A stretch of DNA of 64,000 nt from Glaucostegus cemiculus (lineage: Eukaryota). The DNA is taken from positions 9,734,001 through 9,798,000 of the forward strand of contig CDPCPM010000281.1 in NCBI GenBank assembly GCA_976551045.1, given 5' to 3'. Under the pieces are notes generated by a model. That model ran no database searches and was not told the origin of the DNA. It saw only the letters and a list, made by a program, of their open reading frames with translations. Made by a program: the position numbers and the translations under genes. Below are positions 53,533 through 64,000 of the stretch, one piece after another; within the stretch, counting starts at the first letter, position 1; each line of letters begins with the position of its first letter.

Positions 53533-53944
53533 GTAAGGAAGAGCTGTCAATTGTGTAATTGTCTTCTCAGGGATCACAAGCTGCCAGTGTCTGCTGTTCT
53601 GTGTGGCCTGCAAGTTCCCTGCAACACCAACAGTCCTGTTATCTGTGCAATTACCACTAGATGGCACCATGGGCATTCCCTTTAATTCTCCAGTCTGATC
53701 CCAAACAGTTAAGATACCTTCATGAGTCACACAGTGAAAAGCATCTTTTGCGTAGAGTGTTCTGGGGGCAGCCCACAAGTGTTGTCACACTTCTGTGGTG
53801 CCAACATAGCATGCCCAGAAATTGCTAACATCCCAACCCATACTTACAAGTAAAAAGATACCACTCCTTCCAAGTATATTTATAACTATGTTGTTACATT
53901 TAAAACTATTCACTTTTTGACATGCCTGTATCTGTAAAGAAAAC

Positions 53945-54280
53945 CTTATATTTATAGAGCATATTAAACAGCATCACTGCCAAATACTTTTGAAATGCAA
54001 TAATTGCTGTATAAAATGCTGTAGCCAACTTGAACACACAAAGAATCTGTTTATAGGGATAAATTTGGGCAGGGCAGAATGTTAACTTCCCCCGATGTTC
54101 CAACTAGCAACATTTGTATAAGAAAGCAGTTGGGTCTTCATTTCAATGCTTCGTCTACAAGTCACCACTTCTAGCATTATCACACTCCCTACATCACTGC
54201 ATACTTTAGACTGCCGACTGAGTGTGGAATGAGGTGCTTGACCCCACAACCTCCCACGTAATAAGAGCGCTCCCACCCAA
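53945..54280 (-). mobile_element. Old Deu-SINE-like element
   Basis: Reverse strand has head gaggttgtggggtcaagcacc...gcagtgatgtagggagtg and tail ctataaata. Confidence 0.45.
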
Positions 54281-54707
54281 AATCACAGTTGATACCAACA
54301 ACAAGGCTGAGATAGAAAGGTTTTTTAAAGGAGTCAACAGTTTCAGGGAATAAGTGAGAAGTGGAGCTGAAGCCACAGTCAAATCAACTACAATCTTATT
54401 AACAAGTGGAGCAGGCTTGAGAAGCCATAAAGCCTGCTCCTATTTCTATTTCTTATGTTCTCCTGGATCAATCCTGCAATTAAACTCACAGCTTGATATT
54501 AGATAATGTAGATTGTGCTTAGAGGTAACTATAATGCAATGCTCTCAGTTTCCATTACATCTACGGGAAGCGACAGTTTACACTGTGCTTTATTTCACAA
54601 AGTGGTTCTACAAGCCAAGTTATAGAATGAGGCAGTTTGAAAGGTTTAAGTGCAAGTGCTTCCTTGGAGGAACTCGGCAGAAGGCTAACCATGCTGTTTG
54701 TTTGTAG

Positions 54708-54785
54708 GCACCACACATCCGACTGGAAATCCCTTCGGACCTTCGCCTCATCACAACAGCTTCCTGAGTCCGGCTGCTCACTTAG
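54708..54785 (+). CDS. AUTS2: AUTS2 coding exon (exon 16 equivalent), 78 nt
   Basis: Branch gctaac at 54684-54689, acceptor tttgtttgtag|, donor G|gtaatc. Encodes [26 protein letters not shown] (human [26 protein letters not shown]). Not in the ORF track. Confidence 0.94.
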
Positions 54786-55574
54786 GTAATCATGGCACGG
54801 CCAGTCCGTAGGGAACTCTTGGGTAACCAGTTCACTGACACAAGCAATTCCCAGCAAGTTAGCAACTGAAGTAATGCCTGCTCCGCCAAAGTGTGCATTG
54901 GTTTAAAAGGTCCACATTTGGTGCAGCTGATTCTGTGGGTCTTGCTGCATGTATATTGTAAAATAATAATTCACTATTTCGGGGTATGGTTCCATGAAAA
55001 TCTCAGATTGCATTTAAATACACCTTTCAATGAATTGCTTATCAGTGGACAGCAACCCACAAAGTTAGATAAATTGACTTGCACTGTTACAGATAGAAAA
55101 TGACATTTTAAAAATGTATTTTCATGTACCTCAGCCCTCCCATGACAGCTCGAAAAATAGCTATATACACTCGGTCATAAAGTCGCAGAATGAACCTTGC
55201 CAGATATTCCATCAATGTGATTTGCCCATGTTTATGCTGAAAAATGGTGGTGTGGCAAGGTGGGATGAAGGATTCGATCATCTGTGGTGATAGCCTGCAG
55301 TGGCATGGAGTGTCAGGCGATGGCGCTGTTGAGATCATGGTGTTTCGCCAGCTGGTGTTGCTGCTTTGGCAATTGCCACAAGCATTTCGACAAACATTTC
55401 ACAAGGAACGAGGCATCTGGAGGGAATGTGGGGTGGGGATGCAGGGGAGAGGATTGGCGGAGGTTTTCTTATGGCTTAAAGTAATTCTTCCTTTTAAAGT
55501 TAGAAAAAAGTCCTTGGCAATTTTGAGGCAATTTCAGCTGGCTGCGCAGTGACACTTGCTTTCCTCAGTCATTC

Positions 55575-57065
55575 TACAGGATGCGGAGATTGCTAGCAAT
55601 ATTTTACACATCCCTAATTGCCCCTGAGAAAGTGGCAGTGAGCTGACACCTTGAAACCACTGCGGCCTTGTCTAGCAAAGATGTTCCCATAATGGTGTTG
55701 GGTCGAGAGTTCCAAGATGTTTGGATCCAGTGATGTTAAAGAAACAGCAATAAATAGCCAAATCAGGATGGTGTGCAAGTTGGAGGGGAACCTGTAGGTG
55801 GTGGTGTTCCCAAGCACCTTGTCCACCTTGTTGGTAGAGGTTATATGTCTAGCAGAGGGTTGTGGTGGAGGGAGTGCCCTCGGATTGGAGGGCTGTGACT
55901 AGTGGTGTCCCGCAGGGATCGGTTCTGGGGCCTCTACTCTTTGTTATATTTATAGATGACTTCGATGAAGGAGTGGAAGGATGGGTTGGTAAGTTTGCAG
56001 ATGACACCAAGATTGGCGGTGTGGTGGATAGTGTGGAGGACTCGGAGTTTACAGAGGGATATTGATAGGATGCAGAGCTGGGCGGACAGGTGGCAGATGG
56101 AGTTTAATCCGGAGAAGTGTGAGGTGGTGCACTTTGGTAGGACGAACTCCAGGGCAGAGTATGAGGTAAATGGTAAGGTACTTGGCAGTGTAGAGGAGCA
56201 GAGGGATCTGGGGGTTCATATCCACAGTTCACTCAAAGTTGCCTCACAGGTGGATAGGGCAGATAAGAAGGCTTTTGGGATGTTAGCTTTTATAAATCGT
56301 GGGATTGAGTTCAAGAGCAGAGAGGTGATGATGCTGCTTTACAAAACTCTAGTTAGGCCGCACTTAGAGTATTGTGTTCAGTTCTGGTCGCCGCATTATA
56401 GGAAGGATGTGGAGGTGTTGGAGAGGGTACAGAGGCGATTTACCAGGATGATGCCTGGATTAGAGGGTATGGAATATGAGGAGAGGCTTAAGGTGCTAGG
56501 GCTTTACTCGTTGGAGAGGAGGAGGATGGGAGGGGACTTGATAGAGGTGTATAAGATATTGAGAGGAATAGATAGAGTTGACAGCCAGCGCCTCTTTCCC
56601 AGAGCACAGATGCTCAAGACAAGAGGGCATGGCTTTAAGATATTGGGTGGAAAGTTTAGGGGAGATGTCAGAGGGAAGTTTTTCACCCAGAGAGTGGTTG
56701 GCGCATGGAATGCGCTGCCTGGGGTGGTAGTAGAGGCAGATACGTTGGACAGGTTCAAGAGATTGTTAGATAGGCACATGGAAGAATGTGGAATAGTAGG
56801 ATATGTGGGAGGAAAGAGTTAGATTGTGAGACGTTTGAAGGATGGCACAACTTGGTGGGCCGAAGGGCCTGTTTTGTGCTGTATTGTTCTATGGTTATGG
56901 GTTTGGGAGGTGCTGTGGAGTAGTCTGGGCGAGTAATTGCAGTGCATTTTGGTTACAGTACACACTGCAGCACTGCACAGCAACAGCAGGGCAGTGAACA
57001 TTTAAGATGGTAGATGAGGTGTCGATCAAGAGGGCTGTTCATGCTGGATGGAGCTTTTTGAGTAG
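55575..57065 (-). mobile_element. Old CR1/L2-clade LINE 3' fragment that hosts the young CR1 insertion
   Basis: 55575-55844 and 56893-57065 join as ggtagaggttat|gggtttgggaggtgctg. Antisense to the copies at 57950-58480 and 58870-59930. Confidence 0.7.
55845..56892 (+). mobile_element. Young 5'-truncated CR1 LINE (ORF2 RT C-terminal half plus 3' tail), one frameshift near 56042
   Basis: [16 protein letters not shown]...KFADDTK, then [24 protein letters not shown]...LVRPHLEYCVQFWSP...FFTQRVVGAWNALP, stop at 56820-56822. Tail gggccgaagggcctgt...tgttctat. GGTTAT flanks both ends. Confidence 0.95.
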
Positions 57066-57229
57066 ACAAGCCTGAGGGGTATTGTGGAACTGGTGCAGAA
57101 AGCACAGCAGCCTGAAGGTTGTATATCATGACTTGGCCCCACCAGTCAGCCTTCCTACCACAGAGCAGTGCTTTCAACAGTCAGTTAGAAAGGGAACAGT
57201 TACTCTTTATCATGTAACCTTGCCAGCTC

Positions 57230-57422
57230 TTTTCTCACCCCTCCCCCTCACCTCTTTATCCTGCTTCTCTCCCCTCTACATTCTCAGTCCTGATGCAGGG
57301 CCTTGTTCCAACGTGTCTACTATCCCTTTGCCTGCACAGATGCTGCCTGAGCAGCTGAATTCCTGCAGCAGTTTGTTTTATTTTGCTCCAGTTGCCAGCA
57401 TCTGCAGTCTCTTGTGACTCCT
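57230..57422 (+). mobile_element. Penelope-like terminal fragment with decayed hammerhead motif
   Basis: cagtcctgatgcaggg...cacagatgctgcctgagcagctgaattcctgcagca...ccagcatctgcagtctcttgtg. Confidence 0.65.
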
Positions 57423-57949
57423 TATTCAGTGACTGGATGAGGTATGGCTGTGTCAGACGCCTCTATCCCCCACTGCAATACTGTTATAAGTAGTAAGCAA
57501 AGCGTGTTGAAATAACACTATTTTCTGAATGTTACTTGATACTTCTGCCTGATTTGCTCTCTGAGGTGTTCAGAGATTTCTCCCCATTTCCCGCAAGCTT
57601 CCTTTGGAGCAGGGGAGTGTGAAAGGTTAAATGGAGACTCACATAGTTGCAAATCCCATGGCTTAGAGTGGAGCTGTTCTGGCCTAGGAAGACCATGTAG
57701 TCATCCTGAGTATCGCCATGGCAACAAGAAAATTGATATTTCCGAGAACCTCGGGTGAGATACTGAAACTGTGCGCCAGCACATGGTGGAGCACTGTCAT
57801 CGTGATATATGGGTTAGCTTCAGAAGAGAACTAGCAATTCAAAACTGACTATCTCTGATACTCTATGGACCAGTAGCAGCAACAGAATAGTGTTTCCCCA
57901 CAGTCTTGTAGCCTCAGAGCCCACAACCTGACCATCTCTGACAAAGGGA

Positions 57950-58480
57950 AGTCTAACCAACATACTCAATGGCATTGTCATCACCAGATACCTTCACATA
58001 ATCACAATAAAAGGTCACAATTGACTAGAAAGCTCAACTGAACCAGCCAAATAAATTCCAGACAAGAAGGTGAGAGGCTGGGTATCCTGTCGGGAGAGGC
58101 TCACTTCCTGACATCCCAAGCCCTTTCCATCATCTACAAGGCACATCGGAAGCACGGTGGAATACTCCCCACTTCTCTGATAGCACCTCCTGAGCCCGTG
58201 ATCTCGACCGCCAGCAATGATGAGAGCTTCATGGGAACACCACCAGTTGCAGGTTCCCCTCCGAGCCACACACCATTCCTGACCTGGAACTATATCGCCT
58301 TACCCTCCACTTTGCCGAGTCTAAATCCTGGAATACCCTACACAACAGCATTGTGAGAATACTCAACCAGAAGGACTGCACCGGCTCAAGAAGGTGGCCC
58401 ACTACCACTATCTCTAGCACAGTTATGGGTGGACTCTAAACCTTAGCCTTGCCAGTGATGACAAGGTCCCAACAAACAAA
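57950..58480 (+). mobile_element. Old CR1/L2-clade LINE 3' fragment
   Basis: catctacaaggcaca...ggaatactccccactt (IYKA...EYSP); caggttcccctccgagccacacaccattcctgacctggaac is complementary to 55760-55800. Confidence 0.65.
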
Positions 58481-58869
58481 CAAATCCCTGACTTCATCAT
58501 TAGAGCATGCAGTGAACCCATGTGCAATGAGGAGAGCAGCAGGATACCAGCAGGAGCAGCAAAGAGACCTGGAAATGATGCAGGTCGTCCTGGTGAAGCT
58601 ACAACAGAGGACTCAATGTGTCCTAAATTGCAAAGCACCATGTAATAGACAGAGTGAAGTGACAACCCCCCCACTCACTCCAGCCCCCTCCCCCAATCCA
58701 TGGTGAAATGCACATTGCCCACTGATAATGGGACAGTGAATGGGAGGAAGAGGGTCCACAAACATCCTCATCAATAGCGGAGCCTGGCAGCTGCTGGACT
58801 GGACCGCTAACAGTCCTATCAAGTGATAGTTACTCTCCAGCGACCTGCTCACTGATGATCTGCCTGGGC

Positions 58870-59930
58870 CACTCAGCTCCAGACATCATCGTGGTCTTTC
58901 TCCAAACACAGAACAAAGCTGAATTCCAGAGCTGAGGAAAGATTGAGGGTGAAGTGACTGTTCTTGACATCACAGCAACATCTGACGTGAGTGTGGTATT
59001 GAGCAGCCCCAGTAAAGCTGAAGCCAGTGGCCGTTGAGAACTGAACTCTGCATTGGAAGACAGTTGTGGTTGTTGGAGGTCAATCATCTCAGCCCAGGAG
59101 TTTCAGCCACCTTCAGCTACTTCATGAATGATCATCTCTCCATCACAAGGTCAGAAGTGGAGATATTTGCTGAGAATGCAAATTGTTCAATTGCACCCTC
59201 TTATTATACCAAAGCAGCCTCTCCCCCTTTGCAGCAAGACCTGGGCAACATTCAGACTTTGGTTGCTAAATGACAAGTAAGGTTCATGTGCACATTAGTG
59301 GGAGGAAGTGGTGGCTTCCAACCTTCTCTTAATGTTTAACACTGTCACTGTCAAAAATGCCCCAGCATCAGTGAAGTCGTCATTGTCCAGTAACCCAACT
59401 AGATCGTCCAGACAACATCTGAAGCCACATGAGCTCGTCAAGAGCTGGGATTTTGTGACAAATGACTCAACTCATGACACCCCAAAACCTTTCCAACATC
59501 TAGAGGGTACAAGTCAGGAAGGTGAAGGAATGCACTGTGTATAGATGAGTATATATCTCCTGTAGCTTGACACCATTCAGCAAAATCGGCCCGCTTGATC
59601 ACCGAGTCCATCTATCCCAAACACCATCTACAAGATTTTGCAACTATTTTACAGGGCCTCTCAAGCAGTGGTCTCTACCATGAGAAAGGGCAAAAGCCAT
59701 CAGAGCATCGTCACCTTCGAGTCATACGCCATTCTGACTCGGGCTTTTACTGCTACTCCCTCATCATCAGTTGGACTTGTCAAGCCAACATCACTGGGCT
59801 AGTACCTTAACCACACAGCCTTCAACAGTGCAAGGTTCAGGAAAACTAACTTCCCACAAACTTCTTGTGGGTAATTAGGGGTGGGCATTAAAAGCTATTC
59901 CAGCTGGCAGCACCCAAATCTATTAAAAAA
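58870..59930 (+). mobile_element. Old CR1/L2-clade LINE fragment (decayed RT plus tail)
   Basis: VTVLDITATSD (ALDIKAAFD-like), FMNDHLSI, IFAEN (FADD-like), LQQDLGNIQT. Tail gggtaattaggggtgggcattaaa. Confidence 0.7.
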
Positions 59931-61341
59931 GGGTTCCTTCTTAAAAAAGAGTGTGAGAATTTCTTGAATAATTTAATCTGACGGGGCAGTACTGCTGAAG
60001 TGCCTGCTGGTGACACTGCTGAACTCATCGTGCTCAATGTCTGCATCACCACCTCATAGGTGTGATCTGGGGGATTTTTGAAACATCATAAAAATAAATA
60101 TAATAAATCTTCTAAATCCTGTAAATAATTTGTTGGCAAAGACACGAGGTCTCAAGCTGGCACTGACTCATCCAGTAATGGGGGAATGGGATAGTGTTGG
60201 TGTGTGTTCTGACACTTTCCTCTTGGAGTGTGAGTACAGGCAGTGAAGAGGTGCCCAGTGCCTGCACCTGAAGCAGGTGTTAGTCCCTTCACTCAGTGCC
60301 TGTTATCTTCTCCCTTCACCTCATTGGCTTTCCTGCAGGGAACCAGCATTTTGAGGAATACCTGTCTTTGCATGGCATAACCAGTGGTGTTTAAAGGCTA
60401 TTTAGCCCTCATACTTCATGCAAGCCCCACTCCCAGCACCCCCACCCCACCCCCATTAAGAGATTCTCCCTTTTAAGCACAGAGGCACTGCTAGAGCCTG
60501 AGCTGGAGTATTTGACAAATCTGAGTGAGACATTTCTTTGCATTTACCCTCTTTGTGTTGTTTCGCTGGTGTTCTGGGAGGGAACCAAAATACTAATTGG
60601 TTATTTGTCACAGTGATGATGCACATCAAGTTATGATTCTCTAAGTGCACTGGGTTACATTGAAGGTTGGACTTTTAAGGCGCAAATTTGATGGAATTAT
60701 TAAGATAGGCCAAGTTTCCTTCCTCATCATTGATTATCATGTGTTCCTGGCTAATCACTTAGAGATTTCAGAATACCCAGTTTATTCTACCAAATGTCCT
60801 TCTGCATTGGTGGACTGATTCCTAATCTATGTCAGTAGATTCAGGGTTGAGAGTAATTGAATAAGGTTGCTGGACCATGTGACCTGTTGGAAATATAATT
60901 ATTTCAGAAGGTTGTCAATCTGCGATCCAATGTTGGGGGAGAATTTAGTCTTTGATTGCCAGCAGCACATGGAAGAGCATTAGTTGCTGGTTTTATTACC
61001 TTCACGTATTCAGTTCATTGAAGTGGCTGGGTCTGAGTATTTGAAGAGTGAATGCAGATGGCTTCCAATAACTCTTGTCTGACTTTAACATTGACGGCCA
61101 ACATTGAAGCAGCTGGACTAAAATCCAAAGCAGAAGCTTAATGTTAGCAAAGCATAATAGTTCTGTGGTGTTTGGTAATATGATAAACAATACTGGCATT
61201 GTTTGCTCCAGTGAATAATTGGAAGAATAGCACAATGCAGGAGGTATTGTCATGACACCATACAAAGACGATCCCATTTTTCCCCTCCGCAAGGGAATTC
61301 TTCACCTTCACCAAGAATGGATTATGAAGATCAAAAAAGTT

Positions 61342-61515
61342 GTAGATGCTGGAAATCTAAAAATCAAAATAGAAAATGCTGTAAACACTCAGCATGTCCG
61401 ACTGTATCTGTGGGAAGAGAAACAGAGTTAATATTAAAGGGTCTTTGACGTTTTCTTCCCACAGGTGCTTTCTGACCTGCTGAATGTTTCCAACATTTTC
61501 TGTCCTTATTTCCAA
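61342..61515. mobile_element. Penelope-derived short inverted-repeat element
   Basis: aatagaaaatgctgtaaacactcagcatgtc...tgtgggaaga pairs with tcttcccacaggtgctttctgacctgctgaatgtttccaacattttctgt. Confidence 0.65.
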
Positions 61516-61799
61516 GAATGTATTATCTCATCAATACGTATCTCATCTGTTGTGTGAGGGACCGTGCTATGTGCAATGCCATTTTATTACCCTGCATAAC
61601 AGCAGTGACCTTTGAACCAGGTTGATTTATGAAATCATTTTGAAGAGATGTCAAGATATATAGAGGGGTTCTGGTGGGTGGGAGAGGAGCTTGGTTATCA
61701 ATATTGTGGCATGGGGAAAGGTCCACTTACATTGGTATACGTTGGGTATTTATGGGGCGACCAAGGTGGTTACTTAGTCACCCCATCGAGGCGCTCACC

Positions 61800-62400
61800 C
61801 TTTTAATTTGTTTGATTCAAGAAATCAAGGGAGTCCAAAATCAGAGTTGAGCCACATGTTGGATTCTTATCTGGGGGAGCCGAGTCACATGATCAGTCCA
61901 GCTAAGCACAGTATATGAGTTCACTGCATACGTGATCTTGTATATATCCGGATGGAGGGAGAGGATGGAATTGAGCAGTTTACAGCTCCAGAGCAGTTTG
62001 TCTTCCTGAAACCTCGGCCTTGTACAACTTTTGTTTTTGTTCCGGTGGCTGCTCACACTGCTTCTAATGCTTATTGGTGCCCTGCTCTTAGTCTCCAGAC
62101 AAGAGGTGGCAGTGGGAACCATCTGCTGAATTTTCGTTGTAGATATTTGAGACAGTCTTCTACTGCACCAGGGAGAATCTGGTTTACTCGGCATCTGTTT
62201 CTATGGGGAGACGATAGGCCTGGACTTCCTGCCGTCCTGTGTGGTCAGGTTCAGGGGCATGTCAGGTGGGGATTTGGGAGTTTCGTTTTCAGTGCATCTC
62301 CTTCAGGACTCACCATGATAACAACTTACTGTGCTGATCGTTGGGGTGGAAGGAGTGAGGTGTGGTGGAGGGAGAAAATTCGGAGCTGAAGTTCTACTTG
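61800..62400 (-). mobile_element. Degraded RTE-like LINE fragment
   Basis: The reverse strand has KQCEQPPEQKQKLYKA and KLLNSILSLH, resembling RTE RT motifs. Confidence 0.35.
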
Positions 62401-62474
62401 GTCGTTGTGTAGTAATGTTCAGTTTAGACTTGTGCACAGGGTCTCCGATACAGTAAACGGTATCTGAGGTAAGT

Positions 62475-62700
62475 TTTTTTTTTACACAGGGTAGTTGATA
62501 TTTGGAACTTACTACCGCAGGTGGTGGTGGAATCAGATGCAATTACTGTTTAAGAACCATTTAGACAGACACCTACATAGGCAAGGCATGGAAGCATACG
62601 GTCCTAATGAGGGGAAATGGAATTAGGGTAGATAGACAAAAAGGTCGGCATGGACGTGATGGGCCGAAGGGCCTGTTTCTGTGCTGTACATCGCCATGAC
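62475..62700 (+). mobile_element. CR1 LINE 3' tail fragment
   Basis: ttttacacagggtagttg...tttagacagacac...gatgggccgaagggcctgtttctgtgctgtac. Confidence 0.8.
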
Positions 62701-64000
62701 TTAAAAAGAATTGAAGTATACCAATAACAAAGACTTTAATTTCTTCTGAGAATGCCATCACCTTAAATATGTAAAGCATATGTTACTAATGCTCCTCTAA
62801 AAATAATGAAGGGATAATGCATAACATTATGTCTAGATCAGTTAATTTGGGTTGTTGCTATTTTGTGAATGCCTCATGTACCTTTAGTCCTTCATGGTGG
62901 TGATTGCAAACACAAGCAGGCACTGACAATGCGGGTGAGTGTGTTAACATGGCACAGCAAGGAGTTCATGGTGTCAACAGCACACCTCTCTTGCTTATCG
63001 TTAGCACTGCTGCTTTGACCTAAGTGGTTCATTTGATACCATCTCTTAACCTCACTCAACCGATCACATGTTCAGGAGCACAAAGCCTTTCCCACATTTT
63101 CTCATCAAAGCTCTTTGAAGATTCCATCCATAACATAAAGGCAAGGTACTGGTTGATTTCTCCTGGCTAAAATCTTGCAAGTATCTGGTGATTCTGTCAT
63201 TGATTCAAGGTGCCAGGATCTGCAGGGTGACAGGGGTTGAAAAACATTTTGGTGGCCAAGACTAATGTACAAACCAATTGCAATCAGACATCTTGTGTTA
63301 TATAAAGGTCTTGCTTAGAACAGAGTATGACTGGGAGATGGAGCAGAGGCAAGGTGGGTGGAAGGGAAGGATTCTCACCAGGAGTCCATATTCATTAGTG
63401 AGGAGCATGATGCGACAGGTTTGCACTTTGATAAATATCTCTTCACTGCAATCTGTCACTTACTGCACCTCCAATCGGGGAAGACTTTGTTTTGCAACAT
63501 ATGTCAAGGTGACTGTGGCAATAAATGTTTATGTGCTGGGCTCCTTCTGATAGGAGCTTAAAGATATTCTCAATATCTCACACTTGTCTGTCAGTGAGGC
63601 TGTGTGCTTGGAAAGGGCCAAGAGAATTTATTTCCCTCTTGCTCATAGGAAGTTTGTTCAATACAAGCAGTGAACTCTTGCCTGATGCAAGGTGCCATTG
63701 ACTGCACCTACTTTGCTTTATGGCATGCATGGGAACTTTGCCCTGTACTGGAACCAAAAGGGGTTCATTTGGTTTGACCAAATACAGCAGATCATGCAGG
63801 GCTTCATTTTGTGATAACTTACTGTGCCAGTGCATTTGATCCACCACAGCAAACTAGAATGTGGCAGCTTTTTATTGCATATCGTTTATTCACTTACAAT
63901 ACAGAAAGTGGCCATTTCAGCCCACTGAGGCTATGCTGGCTGACAGAGCAATCCCATGTACCCTGTAAGAGAAATGCTGTTCTGTAAATTTGTGTTGAGC

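Noticed and set aside
55956-56822. 288-aa ORF as a host gene or domesticated reverse transcriptase
   Set aside because: It is 5'-truncated, frameshifted CR1 ORF2 with a LINE tail and TSD.
54786-64000. AUTS2 exon 17 (EPFNRPS...GGNAFGGLG)
   Set aside because: Not found. The look-alike at about 59815 (cagccttcaacag) is inside a LINE tail, and the acceptor at about 60338 gives no AUTS2-like peptide.

Overview
This is eukaryotic, CpG-depleted vertebrate DNA. The repeat content (V-SINEs, Deu-like and Meta-like SINEs, CR1, L2, Rex1, RTE and Penelope-like elements) points to a cartilaginous fish, probably a batoid; that assignment is inference. The window lies inside one + strand gene, AUTS2. I can read ten consecutive coding exons, equivalent to human exons 7-16, with canonical AG/GT sites and consistent phases. 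About 24.5 kb of intron 6 precedes them and about 9 kb of intron 16 follows. Nearly all other six-frame ORFs are intronic noise or retroelement debris. The most notable observations are: (1) dispersed Penelope-derived elements carrying a minimal hammerhead-ribozyme motif, near-intact only antisense to AUTS2; (2) two young, inverted V-SINEs in intron 8; (3) a CpG-rich exon 9 with tandem donors and conserved short-isoform start codons; (4) a tandem-repeat expansion in exon 7; (5) candidate poison or micro-exons in intron 10; (6) a 198-bp duplication flanking a 615-bp insert; (7) nested insertions with target-site duplications (TSDs). Repeat boundaries are approximate. Comparisons to human AUTS2 and to repeat consensus sequences are from memory, not from a search.
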